Assembly (NCBI GenBank): GCA_002633005.1
Contig: NMRA01000837.1
Location: forward strand, 1-64,000
Direction: 5' to 3'
Source of the DNA: Phoronis australis
Lineage: Eukaryota > Animalia > Phoronida
Length of the DNA: 64,000 bases
Shown: positions 38,447 through 52,018 of the stretch, piece after piece
How positions within the stretch are numbered: position 1 is the stretch's first letter
Layout: the number at the start of each line of letters is the position of its first letter
Made by a program: the position numbers and the translations under genes
The notes under the pieces: model-generated
What the model saw: only the letters and a program-made list of their open reading frames with translations
Databases searched by the model: none
Told to the model about the DNA's origin: nothing

Positions 38447-39025
38447 GTAGATAATGACCATCGTCTCTAGCTCTCATAAGTAGAGACGATAAAGCTCCTA
38501 TAGGCGCTTCATACGCCGGAAGCTTTTCGGCAACTTATGCCTCACAATGACTAAAACATCAAAGTCACGTTCATATAAAAACCTTTTGCGCATAGAGAGA
38601 CACCTTAGGCTGCCGTTGATGTTTTCAATTTCTTCCAACTCGACGAAATACCCGTTATCAAACTTTTTCTTCGAGCAGTCTCTCGTTCAATTCCCAAAAT
38701 CGGTAACTCACAATTTTTAACGTTGTGCACAGCAAGTGGTGTGCGCAGTGTTGAAAATGGCGAGTTACCCATTTTGGGAACTGAACGAGGAACTGCTTGA
38801 AGAAAAAGTTTAACAACGGCAATATTTTTTCGAATTGGAAGGAATTAAAAACATCGACGAACTCGTAAGAGTGTCCCTCTATGCCCAAAAGGTATTTATA
38901 AGAACGTGACTGACGTTTAAGTTAGTGCGAGGCAAAATTTGTCGAAAAGCTTCCAGTGTATGAAGCGCCTATAGGAGCTTTATCGTCTCTACTTGACAGA
39001 GCTAGAGACGATGGTCATTGTCTAC
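38447..39025. mobile_element. Fold-back element: whole-length imperfect palindrome, about 580 bp
   Basis: The left arm GTAGATAATGACCATCGTCTCTAGCTCT... pairs with the right arm ...AGAGCTAGAGACGATGGTCATTGTCTAC. Complementarity continues inward to about 38735. Confidence 0.9.
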
Positions 39026-39201
39026 TTCTCTGGCTGCTCATATGCCGTGCCCGTGGGCGTGGTGTGCAACTTCAATGTGTGAATGAATGTTAAATCTGCT
39101 GATAGTTTGGTCAGTTGTGTTTCGTAAGGGAATTTTGGCTCGCACTTTTGTAACTTTGTGTAATTCCACCACAATTCAGGGTTGTTTGGGGTTAGGCCTA
39201 C

Positions 39202-39270
39202 CTGAAATCGCAACGGATTTCTCAGTCGCTACACAGAAATGCAACAGTGCAAGGGGGCCGCCATCTTGAA
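39202..39270 (-). promoter_or_regulatory. Probable non-coding first exon / TSS of PYROXD1 with YY1/TISU site
   Basis: CAAGATGGCGGC (39257-39268, minus) followed by a CAG|GTAGGC donor at 39202. The matching acceptor opens an exon at 37837, just upstream of the PYROXD1 ATG. Confidence 0.65.
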
Positions 39271-39449
39271 AAAATGTATCTACAGCCGAACTAGGAACTA
39301 GCGGACATTTCTCTAATCCAGCAATGTTTACAAACACAAGAAAACCACTACAGTTACTGTATTTACATATAAATACATATATTTGTACTTCAAAAATGAT
39401 CTGTTCCTAACATTTAATTTCTAGGTACTGAAAATTTGCTGCGGCTATA

Positions 39450-41100
39450 GTGTAATTGTGCTGCGGAAAACGCCGAGGTTGTCCGTGGGTAACCGAATCG
39501 GATCATTCGCTTTCGGCCTACGGTGTTGAGGAGCACTAAGCCGCATTTGAAAATATGATTCATTGAATAGTGACACTAAAAGAGGCACAGAACGAGAAAG
39601 CTCGTCAAAAATATTTGTTAAGCAATTCCCGACGAAAGTACCATCTCCCAACGTCTAGTACAGAGTAGTTCACTTTCCCGGCCCTGTGAGGAAATTTCCA
39701 GAAAAAACCACAAAATTCACCATTTTCGACTGAAATACGCCAAGGAAAGTCTCTGTGGTTACCACAGTTTGTAATCACCTTAAAACTCATGAAAGTTACC
39801 TAAAACGAAAACGAAATGATAATTTAGAAAACTGTAACAGTGTTTTTGAGGATTCAACTTGTTCACCATTTAAATTGAATAAAATTTGGTCAAGTTATTA
39901 ACACCGTTACTTTGTTATGGATGTACTTTTCCTTTTTGCCGAAATTAATTACAACTAACGAGCGTTCTATCACCCCGACCCACAACTTTCTTCAAGGTCG
40001 TCGCAAACTCTGATTTACCATTAACGGTTAAACTACAATAATTCCATATCGTTTGTTCAGCTATGGGAGCTTCACTAAACATTTTAGGATTAAGAATATC
40101 AAAGATTGTTAGAACATCCTCATAAAAAAGGTTATAATTATGATTCTGCATTTTAAGGTTCACAGTTGAAAATTGGATAAAAAATGTAGTTACCGACAAC
40201 TTGGCTGAAAAGATGCTTCGGAGATATCCTCCAACTTGCTTCGTCATTTTCCCTTGTCCCAATGAAACAATAAGTTTAATTTTACCAGTTAATGATATTA
40301 GGATATTTCAAACCGCCCTCTTCATGTGGCGAAATTGTCAGTTTCTTTTATTTTCGGTGGTTTATTTAACCAAATAAATTTTATCATCATCTTTAAGGGC
40401 GTCAATATGTTTTTGTTTACTGTGGCGTAAGTCTAGATTTATAAAATATTTCCCATTCTCGCCTTGTTCTGCCCTTTGTACTTTATTATGCAGAATGAAG
40501 CCCTTATGTTTTGCAAATCAAACCAGGCTTTTTGTAAATCTTTTTTGAGTTTCACCGACAGCTCGCTTTTCACCTTGGATGTCATAGCCTTGATTTTTTC
40601 TACTAAATCAATTTCATCTGATTGCCTCTTTTTGCAAAAGAGATTGGAGTTTTTCCGATTTTCATTTCTGTATGTTCCCACACTAAGTTTTTGTCTTCAG
40701 TATAACGATATTGTGTTCCGAGAAAGACCGGCGACGCATTTAGTTATTTCATTGATATGATTGGCATGTAGTGTCAAATTTTGATACCTGTATTATTACA
40801 GGTATCGAAAGACCAGGACCTCTCTTCCCGTTTTCAGTTCGAAGTATTAAGTAATTGCAGAGTGATTGAAAAAAGTCGCTAATAATGGCAACTCTTTTAC
40901 TGAAACTTCTCTGGAAATTAGCCACATGTCAATTCTAACGACATATTCTTTTTCAGCTAACTAAATTTCGAAGTAGAGATCCAAAATTTCCGTGTGCCAC
41001 GAAGACCAACGACTTGTATCACTGTGGTAGATCACTTACACTTTACTGTATTGTCTGTTGTCAGAACAAAATTCTCCCTTTGGACCATGCGCGTTGGCCT
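39450..41100 (-). mobile_element. Decayed L1/Tx1-clade LINE ORF2 remnant
   Basis: Minus-strand peptides SPHEEGGLKYPNI (GGL motif), EQTIWNYCSLTVNGKS (LWNN..I..NGK region) and DLQKAWFD (DxxKAFD), with many stops. Confidence 0.65.
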
Positions 41101-42279
41101 GGGTTTTTTTTTTCACCGTCTTCAGTACCAAGTATTTCTGTGTAGTTAGGTCTTCGCTTATGAAGACTAATCTCATGCCCTTGAGTTTCTTTTACAAAGT
41201 GAGAACACTCTTATAACAATGATTGGTCTGGGGTTGGGTTGACTTGCAATGTTACGGTAACTTCTCTCTTCTTGTGGACGTATCTAGGTATATTTTCCCA
41301 CCTGGTGAGCAAGGTCTATATTGTCGAGCTTGACACAGGTTGAGGTTTTCCTCGAAGTTTTTAGCGATATGGTCACAGTCCTCGTTTGATTGTTCACCAG
41401 TGCCGTGGCCTTGATGGAGTTGCGCTTAAAGTACTGCACATATATATTCAATTTATTCCATAACTCTTGACTTTCTTGCCATGGCAACTAGTTTTGGACT
41501 TTAAAAATAGTACATATGGTTTGAACATACTCGTCTTTGGTTTTAGTAAATTGATGCACATCCACTGCATTATGTGTACACAGCTTTTATGTTGTTTTTA
41601 TAAGACTGTTTCCAAATTTGTGTTGTTGTCTTGACAACCATTTTTGGACTTTTTAAAAGTGTCCTACTAGTTATGGTACATCTTTGGTAGAGCAATTCAT
41701 GTGCTGAATTTTATGAACCATGTGCTTAATTGTTGGTCATTGATAACAAATAAATTATGGCATCTCATACTGAAACATGGAAAATTCATTTGAAATCTCT
41801 AGTCAAATTCCATGAACGAAATCAGATTCCGTGAATTCTGCCCGTTTTCCATTGCTCACTGATTTCGGAAAAAATAATTACCAAGATTGTATTTTTGTCA
41901 TTTTCAAGGTTTCTAACAATGCTATGAGTGCCCAAAATTTTCTGTTAGTAGCTGCTATGGTAAAGAATTTGGATATGTCACAGGCATCGTTCTGGTACAC
42001 TCTATCATTTATGGATTAATTGGGAAAACAAAAGTTCACCTGTCCACCACGTTCTTTCCTAAATTGGTGATTTTTCTGTTTCTGGGTAAAACCAGGGCCT
42101 CCAGTACTCTTCCTACATGTATGACATGAATTCGTTTGCATTAGTTCGTTAAATCTCCACCAGTGTCGTCTTCTGCTTTTCTCATGTTCGGATTTGTGTA
42201 TTAGTTGTGTTGCAAATGAAGTTGTGTGAGAACATGACCCTGGTGTTTTATCCTGGTTGTCACAACTGCAGCACCCCTC

Positions 42280-44271
42280 CAGTCCATTTTGTCTTGTTGA
42301 TATCTCAATAAATTTGTCACAAGCCTGCATGCTATTTTCGATTCTGCCCCACCACTTTCCATGGGTTAAGAGAAGAGGATTTACAGTATTTTTGAGAGGA
42401 GCATTTTGGTATATCTATAGAATCCATTGATGGATGTGAATTTAACTTAACCATAATCTGACTTCAGCAGCACCTTGAGTGTCCAGTTTGACCTTCACAA
42501 AGGGGTTTTAGTATTTTTAGGAAAAAGCATTTCTGGATGACATCTAAGCAACCAATTGACACATTTCAAGGAAACTTTACACGGAAGTAGGTATATGAAG
42601 GAATGGACCAACAGCAGTCAATTTTTGGGTGGATTTCACTACTACTACTACTACTACCTTAGTGGCCATTGTATTTTGAAGGAGATGGCGGCTACCTGAT
42701 GAGTTTTCAGAAGCAAAGGCTATGCTCCCTTTTGACATTTTGTGTACTTTGAAAAGAAGTAAGACTACACCTGCCAATTTTTGGATGCCTAATGCTATGT
42801 TCCTTTGTGGCATTGCATGTTCCTTTTTGGAAAATAATTCATTTTTGCCAATTCTGACTTGTAGCTACCCCTTGTGGTTGATATGTTGTCACCCTGCACC
42901 TCACTGATGATGGAGCTCAGTGATAAGCAGCCCTAGAAACATACAGTTTGTGATGTACTATGGACATATAACAACCTTTTGCGTTGGTCTTGTTCTGGAA
43001 AGCATTCATTTGAAGAAACAAAATGACGTGAAAAGCGATTTCCCCAAGTGAAGTGTGGAACAAAAACCAATTGTATTTAAACTTTTAATGGAAACATCAG
43101 GTGAACATTACAATGCATGCAAATCACTGTCATCCACAGCACTACACAGTTCTTAATAAATAAATAGCAAATAACACAGTGACATAAAAACTACAGATTC
43201 AGAAAATGAACAATAACTGGTGGCTGCAGACAGAAAGTTATGAGCCTCAGCTCATAGCTCACAACTGGGGATGGTTTCATGAAAAGTGATTAAGACTTAG
43301 CACAGGATTTCCGTAAAATAATTAAAACTCACTTTTGCAAAAGAACAAAAATATGAGAACATGCAAATAACTAGTACTTATTGAAAAAAAAATGTACAAA
43401 TATTTTCTAGTCATTGATGGACTTAAAATTATATGGCTACACCTGTTTTTGATAATTGCGGGAGCGTAAGACATAATTCTGTCTTAGGTCTTAAGTCACT
43501 TTTACGAAACAGAACCCTAGAGTACAATAAACCAAGAAGATTTTTCTTTGTGAGGTGGAGAGGCAAAGGTCTCATTTCTTGGTCGTTGAATTTCTTTGTA
43601 AATCGCCCTAGCATGTATGAGGTGAGCCAAACGCTTGGCCGATTACCTTTGGTAGACAATGAAAAATTTGATTATTGCACCACCACAAATATCTTTCTGG
43701 CTCATTGTAACTGTGTGTACTACATTTACACTGTTTATTATGATCACAACTTACAAATTAATGAGCATTTTGTCTCACAGTGTGCAGGTAACAATGACGT
43801 GAGTTCAGTTTCACACGAGGCAGGCAGTTGAGCTTGTAACTCTTTTTTGCGGTGGCCCAAAATACAAGTTTGCTGTCAATATCAAACAGATCATTAATTC
43901 TACAGACNGAGTCCATTTTGTCTTGTTGATATCTCAATAAATTTGTCACAAGCCTGCATGCTATTTTCGATTCTGCCCCACCACTTTCCATGGGTTAAGA
44001 GAAGAGGATTTACAGTATACTGTATTTTTGAGAGGAGCATTTTGGTATATCTAAAGAATCCATTGATGGATGTGAATTTAACTTGACCATAATCTGACTT
44101 CAGCAGCACCTTGAGTGTCCAGTTTGACCTTCACAAAGGGGTTTTAGTATTTTTAGGAAAAAGCATTTCTGGATGACATCTAAGCAACCAATTGACACAT
44201 TTCAACGAAACTTTACGCAGAAGTACGTATATGAAGGAATGGACCGACAGCAGTCAATTTTTGGGTGGATT

Positions 44272-44302
<31 letters not shown>

Positions 44303-45577
44303 CTTAGTGGCCATTGTATTTTGAAGGAGATGGCGGCTACCTGATGAGTTTTCAGAAGCAAAGGCTATGCTCCCTTTTGACATTTTGTGTGTACTTTGAA
44401 AAGAATAAGACTAGACCTGCCAATTTTTGAATGCCTAATACTGTGTTCCTTTGTGGCATTGCGTGTTTCTTTTTGAAAAATAATTCATTTTTGTCAATTC
44501 TGACTTGTAGCTACCCCTTGTGGTTGATATGTTGTCTCCCTGCACCTCACTGATGATGGAGCTCAGTGATAAGCAGCCCTAGAAACATACAGTTTGTGAA
44601 GTACTATGGACATATAACAACCTTTTGCGTTGGTCTTGTTCTGGAAAGCATTCATTTGAAGAAACAAAATGATGTGAAAAATGATTTCCCCAAGTGAAGT
44701 GTGGAACAAAAACCAATTGTATATAAATTTTTAATGGAAACATCAGGTGAACATTACAATGCATGCAAATCACTATCATCCACAGCACTACAGAGTTCTC
44801 AATAAATAAATAGCAAATAACACAGTGACTTAAAAACTACAGATTCAGAAAATGAACAATAACTGGTGGCTGCAGACACAAAGTTACGAGCCTCAGCTCA
44901 TAGCTCACAACTGCGGTGGTTTTCATGAAAAGTGATTAAGACTTAACACAGGAATTTGGTCTTTCGCTCCACATCACTATTTCTATAAAATAATTAAAAT
45001 TCACTTTTGCAAAAGAACAAAAATATGAGAACATGCAAATAACTAGTACTTATTGAAAAAAAATTGTACAAATATTTTCTAGCCATTGATGGACTTATAA
45101 TTATATGGCTACACCTGTTTTTGGTAATTGTGGGAGCGCAAGACATAATTCTGTCTTAGGTCTTAAGTCACTTTCACAAAACAGAACCCTGGAGTACAAT
45201 AAACCAATAAGATTTTTCTTTGTGAGGTGGAGAGGCAAAGGTCTCATTTCTTGGTTGTTGAATTTCTTTGTAAATCGCCCTACCACGTATGAGGTGAGCC
45301 AAACGCTTGGCCGATTACCTTTGATAGACAATGAAAAATTTGATTATTGCACCACCACAAATATCTTTCTGGCTCATTGTAACTGTGTGTACTACATTTA
45401 CACTGTTTATTATGATCACAACTTACAAATTAATGAGCATTTTGTCTCACAGTGTGCAGGTAACAATGACGCGAGTTCAGTTTCACACGAGGCAGGCAGT
45501 TGAGCTTGTAACTCTTTTTTGCGGTGGCCCAAAATACAAGTTTGCTGTCAATATCAAACAGATCATTAATTCTACAG
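42280..45577. repeat. ~1.65 kb direct duplication (42280-43907 vs 43909-45577) joined at a single N; likely allelic haplotypes
   Basis: The copies are co-linear with scattered SNPs and indels, and the junction is exactly the N at 43908. Confidence 0.9.
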
Positions 45578-47689
45578 ACAAAGACTATATCAAAACATGG
45601 CACCTTACACCTGTCAATCACTCACTAGCTGCACCTCCTTATAGCCTCCCCTTCATTTTTTGTCCCAGCAGGCCACGCAGAGGAAACACAATGAGTTGGG
45701 TCACTCAACTGACTTACCATCTGATTGACACCGCACACCTATCAATGATTCAGTTGCTATATCTCACAAGTCCATCCTCCATCAAACTACTTGGACATTA
45801 TTTTCCATAAAAAACAATGGCAAACAACCAGCAGTTTATAGCAGTACAACAGAGGTGTGTTCCGTCGAGAAAGTTAGGCGAGGCCACAAAAAAAAACAAG
45901 TGAAAGCATAGACTAGATAAACAACTGCAATTGAGGTGACTGGCAACCGAGGATGGATAATTTTTCAACTTTGACAATATGTGTTCCTTAAAGATTTTTC
46001 ACTAGCGGCATGCACACGAAAGCCCCCCATGATCGCTGCCTGATAATGCTTCATGTAAACCGTGTGCCATTGTAAAGTTGTTAGCAAGTAATAAGGTAAA
46101 ATCTCACCAATCTCAGACAAAAATAATTGCCAAAATTGGCCGTTGTGAATGCCCACTACTTCTCAAAACATTGCCAGCTGGAAGCCATGGCACAAAATGT
46201 AAAAATAGAAACCATAGATATTTTATAGAAAAATGAGAACTCAATCCACTTATCGAGCATACTGTGTCCTAAATTGGTGAGATTTTCCCATTTTATTATT
46301 TTGTGATTAAAAAAGCGGGTCCGCCAATTACATAGTTGCCAACAACTGAGAATGAAAAAATGTAGATCTGGATAGACAAAGGACATCCAGACAAAGCAGG
46401 GCATCTGGAAACTCTATATGCCTAAATGCAAGGGTGAAATGTCCATCACAATACCCCAAGAATGCCACAACAGTGTTTTTAGCAGAACATGGAAAATAGG
46501 ATTATGTGGCATGGGGAATCACAATACAATATGATAAGTCAGTGAGGGGAAATTGGTGTTGTGGTGGGACATGGGACAAACCTTGAAAAGTGGAACAGTC
46601 CCACTGAGAGCACAGATGGCAAAAATGCAATCATGTTGCAGAAAGCTGCCATGAAAATTTTCATAATTAGTGCTCATGTTCATTCCACTAATAAACAAAC
46701 AAGAGCAATGTAGAGCATTAATATGCACCAACCACACGCATCACAAATAGTAAAAGATATAAGGCACGCTCAGACACAATGACAATGTCCCATGAAAGCA
46801 TGAAAGGAGTGCAACAGAAGTTGGATCAATCCAACAGAAACTGTGCTATCTTCAGCATAAACACATATGCCAAATCTCATGAAGATCTATTGAATAACCT
46901 GGTAGATGTTGAAGAAAATGCAAAGAAAACTAAATTGCCACCACGAGATGCTACCATAGACCTGTCGAAAAACTAATTTCTATGCCATTAGATGGCGTTG
47001 TTGTTTGTTTGGAAGCTGGAAATCCAACCTGAGTACACATGTGACAGACATTTTGTCCCTTTCTAAGTGGCCGGTGTTACACGGGGCAAGAAGTCGCGAG
47101 TGAATCCACTCAGCAGCTTCACCAACGACCAACATTGTGGATGAGGCAATACACTGCACAGCCCAACAAAAAGTCACACAACTGGACCTAATGTTTGGTT
47201 AAATCACCAATTACTATCCAGTCATCAACAGAAATACTAAACGCTACATCCATAAACAGCATTTGGCAAGGCATCAAGATACACTTTGGGTTCTAGTCGA
47301 CCGGTGACCATTCTATTAATTTCATCAACATTTCCAGCAACATGTAAGCTAGTTCATCCGCCAGGTTCCCTGCGTAAACTAGGTCATCGCTCATTGACCA
47401 ATCGGAGCTTTACACTCTGCGCGTCTAATGGAAAGAAGTACAAGGAAGGTTCATACTGACTTTGCGACAATTAGTAGCCCAAACTTACCAAAAGTTCAAA
47501 GATATTCAGTTAAAAAAGAAAGACAGAACATCTCTGAATATCTCTTGCCAATATCAAGGTCATCACCTATAAGCAAGTCAAAGGAGTCAGTAAAAAATTA
47601 CAGTTGTAGTACTAGTACGGTGTTCAACATTGACCATTTGGCAAGAATTTTTGTTTAAAACTGTACAGTACAACTCTTTTTGTTTAAGA

Positions 47690-48290
47690 TTCTGTGGGCA
47701 TTTTTGAAATGAACAGAGGGGACTAGCCCACTTATGTTCCCCTTGGGCCTTGGCTCCGCCAGCGGTGACAAACTTGTTTCACGCTGGCATTGCCATTCAT
47801 CAAAAGATATTTTTATTAAAAATTATTCATACTTTTCAGAATTATCATTTGGTTGTTTGGAAGGACTGGCCGCTGAGTGCGTCGTCATGGGAACCCGAGA
47901 CAAATCTCACCAGTAACCTTGTAGAATCTTACAACTGTCCAAGTGATGAAGATTTCTGCCATCAACAGGGATTGGAAGCTCTTTACCTCGGACTGCAAAA
48001 GTGGTTGTCATCTTCAGGTTTAGAGTAGATTGCATTTGACACTAACATTGACTTAGACGTTTTCCGCAATATTTTTGGTGGTATAGAGAAGAAACCAGGT
48101 GCTGTCATAGGGTACCTTCAATACTGGATTGGCAGAACTCTAGTTTCCTGATTTTGCTCTGCCCTGTTGTTCAGTGGTCACCAAGGAACTTTAAATGCAG
48201 TGTATATGGTGAGCTTGTTGAAATTCCACGAATACCTCAAGAAAAGGTCCTTCTTCATGCATGCACAGATGCCTTCAAGTTGTGAAATGT
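47690..48290 (+). pseudogene. Chromodomain-containing gene remnant
   Basis: After a TTTTCAG acceptor (exon from 47840): YHLVVWKDWPLSASSWEPETNLTSNLVESY, matching the chromodomain consensus YLVKWKG(Y/W)...TWEP.xNL. A probable N-half GIFEM.R.LAH lies near 47697-47735. Stops and frameshifts follow. Confidence 0.7.
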
Positions 48291-48798
48291 TTTAAAGTTG
48301 TCACTTAGTTTTGTTTAGATCTTTAGTATGATACTATTGTTTTGAGTATTGAATCAATGGTTAATTCTTTGTTCTAGAAGGATATTCCGAGCTATATTGT
48401 TTATATAGTACAAGCAATATAGAACCAAAATGCCTGCCTGCCTGCTCATAGTAAACCTCTAATACAGTCTCAGCCAACTAAACGATTTAAACATAACATC
48501 TGCAAATGGTATCTCAAATTTGTTTTCAGTCACAGTCCCATACAGTGTGTGCAAGGACTGGCACACTTCTGTAGGCAGATCTGTACTCTCAGTAAAATCA
48601 CTTTTTAGAGCAAAATTACAAGCTCACACTTGATATAAATGTTGATAGGCTTGGAGAAAGATTGTGACGGGAATGTCCAGTTGCAGCAAGGAAGTTAAAA
48701 AAGGCAAGAGGCAACAAACTGTATGGTATATAGTTTGTAGCTCTTTTAAAAAAATCATTGACATTACATATCAATGGTTCTGATCTAGTCTGTTGCAG

Positions 48799-50547
48799 AG
48801 TTAAAGCAAATTAATGAGCAACTGACAAGCGATGTTGTCTATGCAAAGGCAGACATATCTGAGTTAAAGGCAGATGTAAATAATCTTAATGCAAACATAA
48901 ATGAGCTCAGGCAGGTGTGAGATGCCCAAAATGAATCCATCGTCTTGCTGGCTGAAAACAATGCAAACTAACTTCAGACTAATGTTCAATATTCCAAGTA
49001 GAGTGTGTATTGACAGTGTGTGTAGTAAAAAATTTGGATTTTTCTACATGCAGTAGAACGTATCAGTTAAAATACACTAAAGATTAAGTTAAATCTAGGG
49101 CCGAGTGTGCTTTGTGTTTTTTATGGGCACCATCTGAAACTGGATAGTTTGTGTCAGCTTGATTCAGTGGGTGCTAAACATGATGTTAGTGGTAAAAGTA
49201 AGATTGCGGAATCAGATGAAGATACATTGAAACAGATTCTTTACCTTTTAGGTTTTATGTTTCTGATAGCTTTTATCATGAATTATCAGTCACTTGTAAT
49301 GGTCTGCCAAAGAATATCTCATAAAGCAGTCAATACGTGTTGACACGAATACAATTTGTTGTGTAGAGCAGACACCGGGACCATTACAGGGTGCAGAAAT
49401 TGACATAAAGCAGGAACTTGCATTCTGTATAAAATCTTTAATGCCTCGACATCCAGAGTTGTCTGAAACCAATGAAAAGCCGTCCTTTTCTATGAAATTC
49501 TGTGGTGACGGCACTTATAGAAGAAACCATGGGATGTATGTGGTGAGCTTTTCACTAGTAAGTTTCGAATGAACTCGAATGATCACCAAGCTGTTGCAGA
49601 TGTTAAAGCCCATGGAAGCTATGATATGCACAGGTTGGCATTCTGTAATTTATGGCATGCAATAAACTTACTATACTCTAAAGGTTGTGTTTGTGTTGAC
49701 AATGTAGACTAGGATTTAAAAGTTTTTCTTGCTATACTGACTACAAGTTTCTGTTGATGATATTAGGTTTGTCAGAAGCGACCTCAAATCATGCTTGTTT
49801 ATATTGCAAGATTCATAAGAACAATAGGGATGATATTTCTACGCCATGACACTTTTATGAGCAACCATCCTTGATCTGAGATGTAAAAGATTTAAAAACA
49901 TGCTCAGAGAATAAAACGTTCACTTGCAAAGCATCCAACCTTGGTAGATATACCATAATTGAATTGTATTGGAATTGATAAGCTCTATTTAATGTCTCGG
50001 ATAAGTGACAGGCTTTTAGAAAATTTGATCATCGATACAACTGATCTTCATGCGAAAGTAAAAATTGGTGCTATCAGGAGATCGTTAGGAAGTCAGACTC
50101 ATTTAGACACCATTGTCAAGGCAATTAGGGCATGTGGTGGTAGTTTTAAGGTGTGAGAAACCACTGACCGTAATGATAAAGGAACAGGGACTATCGAGTT
50201 TAGTAGTCATTGGGAGAAGATAAAAAGATTAGTTATTGAAAAAACTCCCCGAAGGGCAGCACCAAAGAAAAGTATTACAACAAGATACAGAAAGTTCGGT
50301 CATTGAGCTTTGAAGGCAGTTGTTGTATGATGCACTGACGTACCCTGATGAGAGCCCTGATGTGGTGGCTCAGGCCAGCTTGTTTAATTTGTGCCACAGA
50401 TGGTTGTTTCTTATTCTTTAATTGAAAGGTAAGCATACAAGTTACGAAAGAAAGAGCATTACTCTATATGCATATCTTGACATACCACCTTCTAGGCTTG
50501 CCTAGTAGTTTCACTCTGATATAAGACAGTTTAGTGATCAGGGCATT
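48799..50547 (+). pseudogene. Decayed DDE transposase of the RAG1/Transib/Chapaev clan
   Basis: Ordered motifs: coiled coil; ILYLL..VSDSFYHELS..GLP; MKFCGDG (D at 49507); [23 protein letters not shown] (D at 49739, CxxC at 49796-49807); IDKLYL (DxLH-like, 49977); ITLY-HILTYHL and IRQFSDQG (about 50458-50546). Multiple stops and frameshifts. Confidence 0.7.
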
Positions 50548-52018
50548 TGCTGATGTTTTGATAACATATTTTGATTCAAAACAGATTAATACTGTAATAA
50601 ATAAGAATTGAAAGTAAGTACAACCTTTCCTTCAAACAATACCCAAAACAATATCTTCTGCCTCATAAATGGCAGCAACAATGCCTTTGAAAATAATTAC
50701 AATCTGCCTTTGTTTTAATTATGTCAAGGCAGTGGGCAATTATTATGCAGAAGATAATTCTCATAACCAAGCCTCAAATGTCTAAACCGATTAGTGCCAT
50801 CTTGAGGCTTGGGGGCGAGGCTGAGCGGCACTCAGTGAAAAGGTTTTATTTCAGGGAATGTGATCAAGGGGAACCGCAATGCTAATGCAAGCTTTGTAGT
50901 AAAAGAGACAGGTGCCACTCCGAAACGCTGGCAACAGGGAGGGAGGATGACGATTGCATGAAGCTACCAGAGTTGCCGCCCTCTCCACTAATGAGATGGA
51001 GACAATTTCGTAAAAAGTTGTTAGTTATTAGTTTTCAAGTAGATACTTGATCTTAGTTTTTTTACTTACTCATTTTTTTGTAAATATTTTACCTTAGCAT
51101 ATTTCATATTCATAGAAGTATTAATTAAAGAAGAGCTTATTCTTCTTGCAAGTCACAACTGCACATGCAGGATTAAAATGACCAACAAAGCTCACAGTTA
51201 GGAGTTAAGAACTTGAAGCAATGAAAAAAAACAAACATGTTGTTTCATTATACCCACAAACAGTAATATTCCTGTTGAGCCTGTGAAGGGGACATTAATG
51301 ATCCATTACTGGCCCAGTACTGGCCCACCGCTGTACTTTCACCATCGCTGTTTTGTGGCGTTTTATCACATATTGATGTCGTGGCTCGAAATTTTATTGT
51401 TGATTGACGAGTGGCTCACCCCGATTCTTGTCTTAGGCCTACTTCTTTGCCGAACACGTTTGGCACAACGGCAAGTGAGCAATGCCGGGCGGTCGAGATA
51501 AAAAAGCTAGCCGCAGAACCATACGCTGAAAATGTCATTGAGTCACGGAGTGTCGACATCCCAAACACAAAAAACATCTGAGTTAAGTTTATCAAACTTT
51601 TATTACAACTAATTTTAAAACTGCTCTCTGACTATGAACTTGGCAGCTGGTACGAGACTGTAACCATAAATTTGATGTCTGCTGTGACCTCTGCAACAAG
51701 TGAAGCTTGCACGCGCGCACTTTAGCAAGGTCACGTGTTGAAATATTTGCAATCCAAGTAGAGGCTGCGTGGTCTCTGGTCGTCTGCGCTGCGCAGGGCA
51801 AAGTAACAAGACCGCAGGACGGCACGGGGCTATTACTCAGCAATTCTGTAAATTTAATAGAGTAAATAACTAATCTGAGGGCAAGAGAACCTTTGTTGGG
51901 ATCATCCGCTGTTATGACATTTTCCCCGTCATGTGGCGACGTGACGATAACGCTCTTTGAAAAGTGCTACGCGTTCCGAGTGCGTGTGTGGTGTGGGGAC
52001 TTAGATCACGAGGTAAGA

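Noticed and set aside
41284-43000. Possible decayed Kolobok/Mutator-like transposase on the minus strand
   Set aside because: Coding-like texture, but no motif series I could read with confidence; needs a frameshift-aware HMM search.
42280-45577. Apparent tandem gene duplication (132 aa ORFs at 43433 and 45105)
   Set aside because: The junction is exactly a single N and the copies differ like alleles, so this is probably a false duplication. The ORFs overlap MITE-like sequence and show no family motifs.
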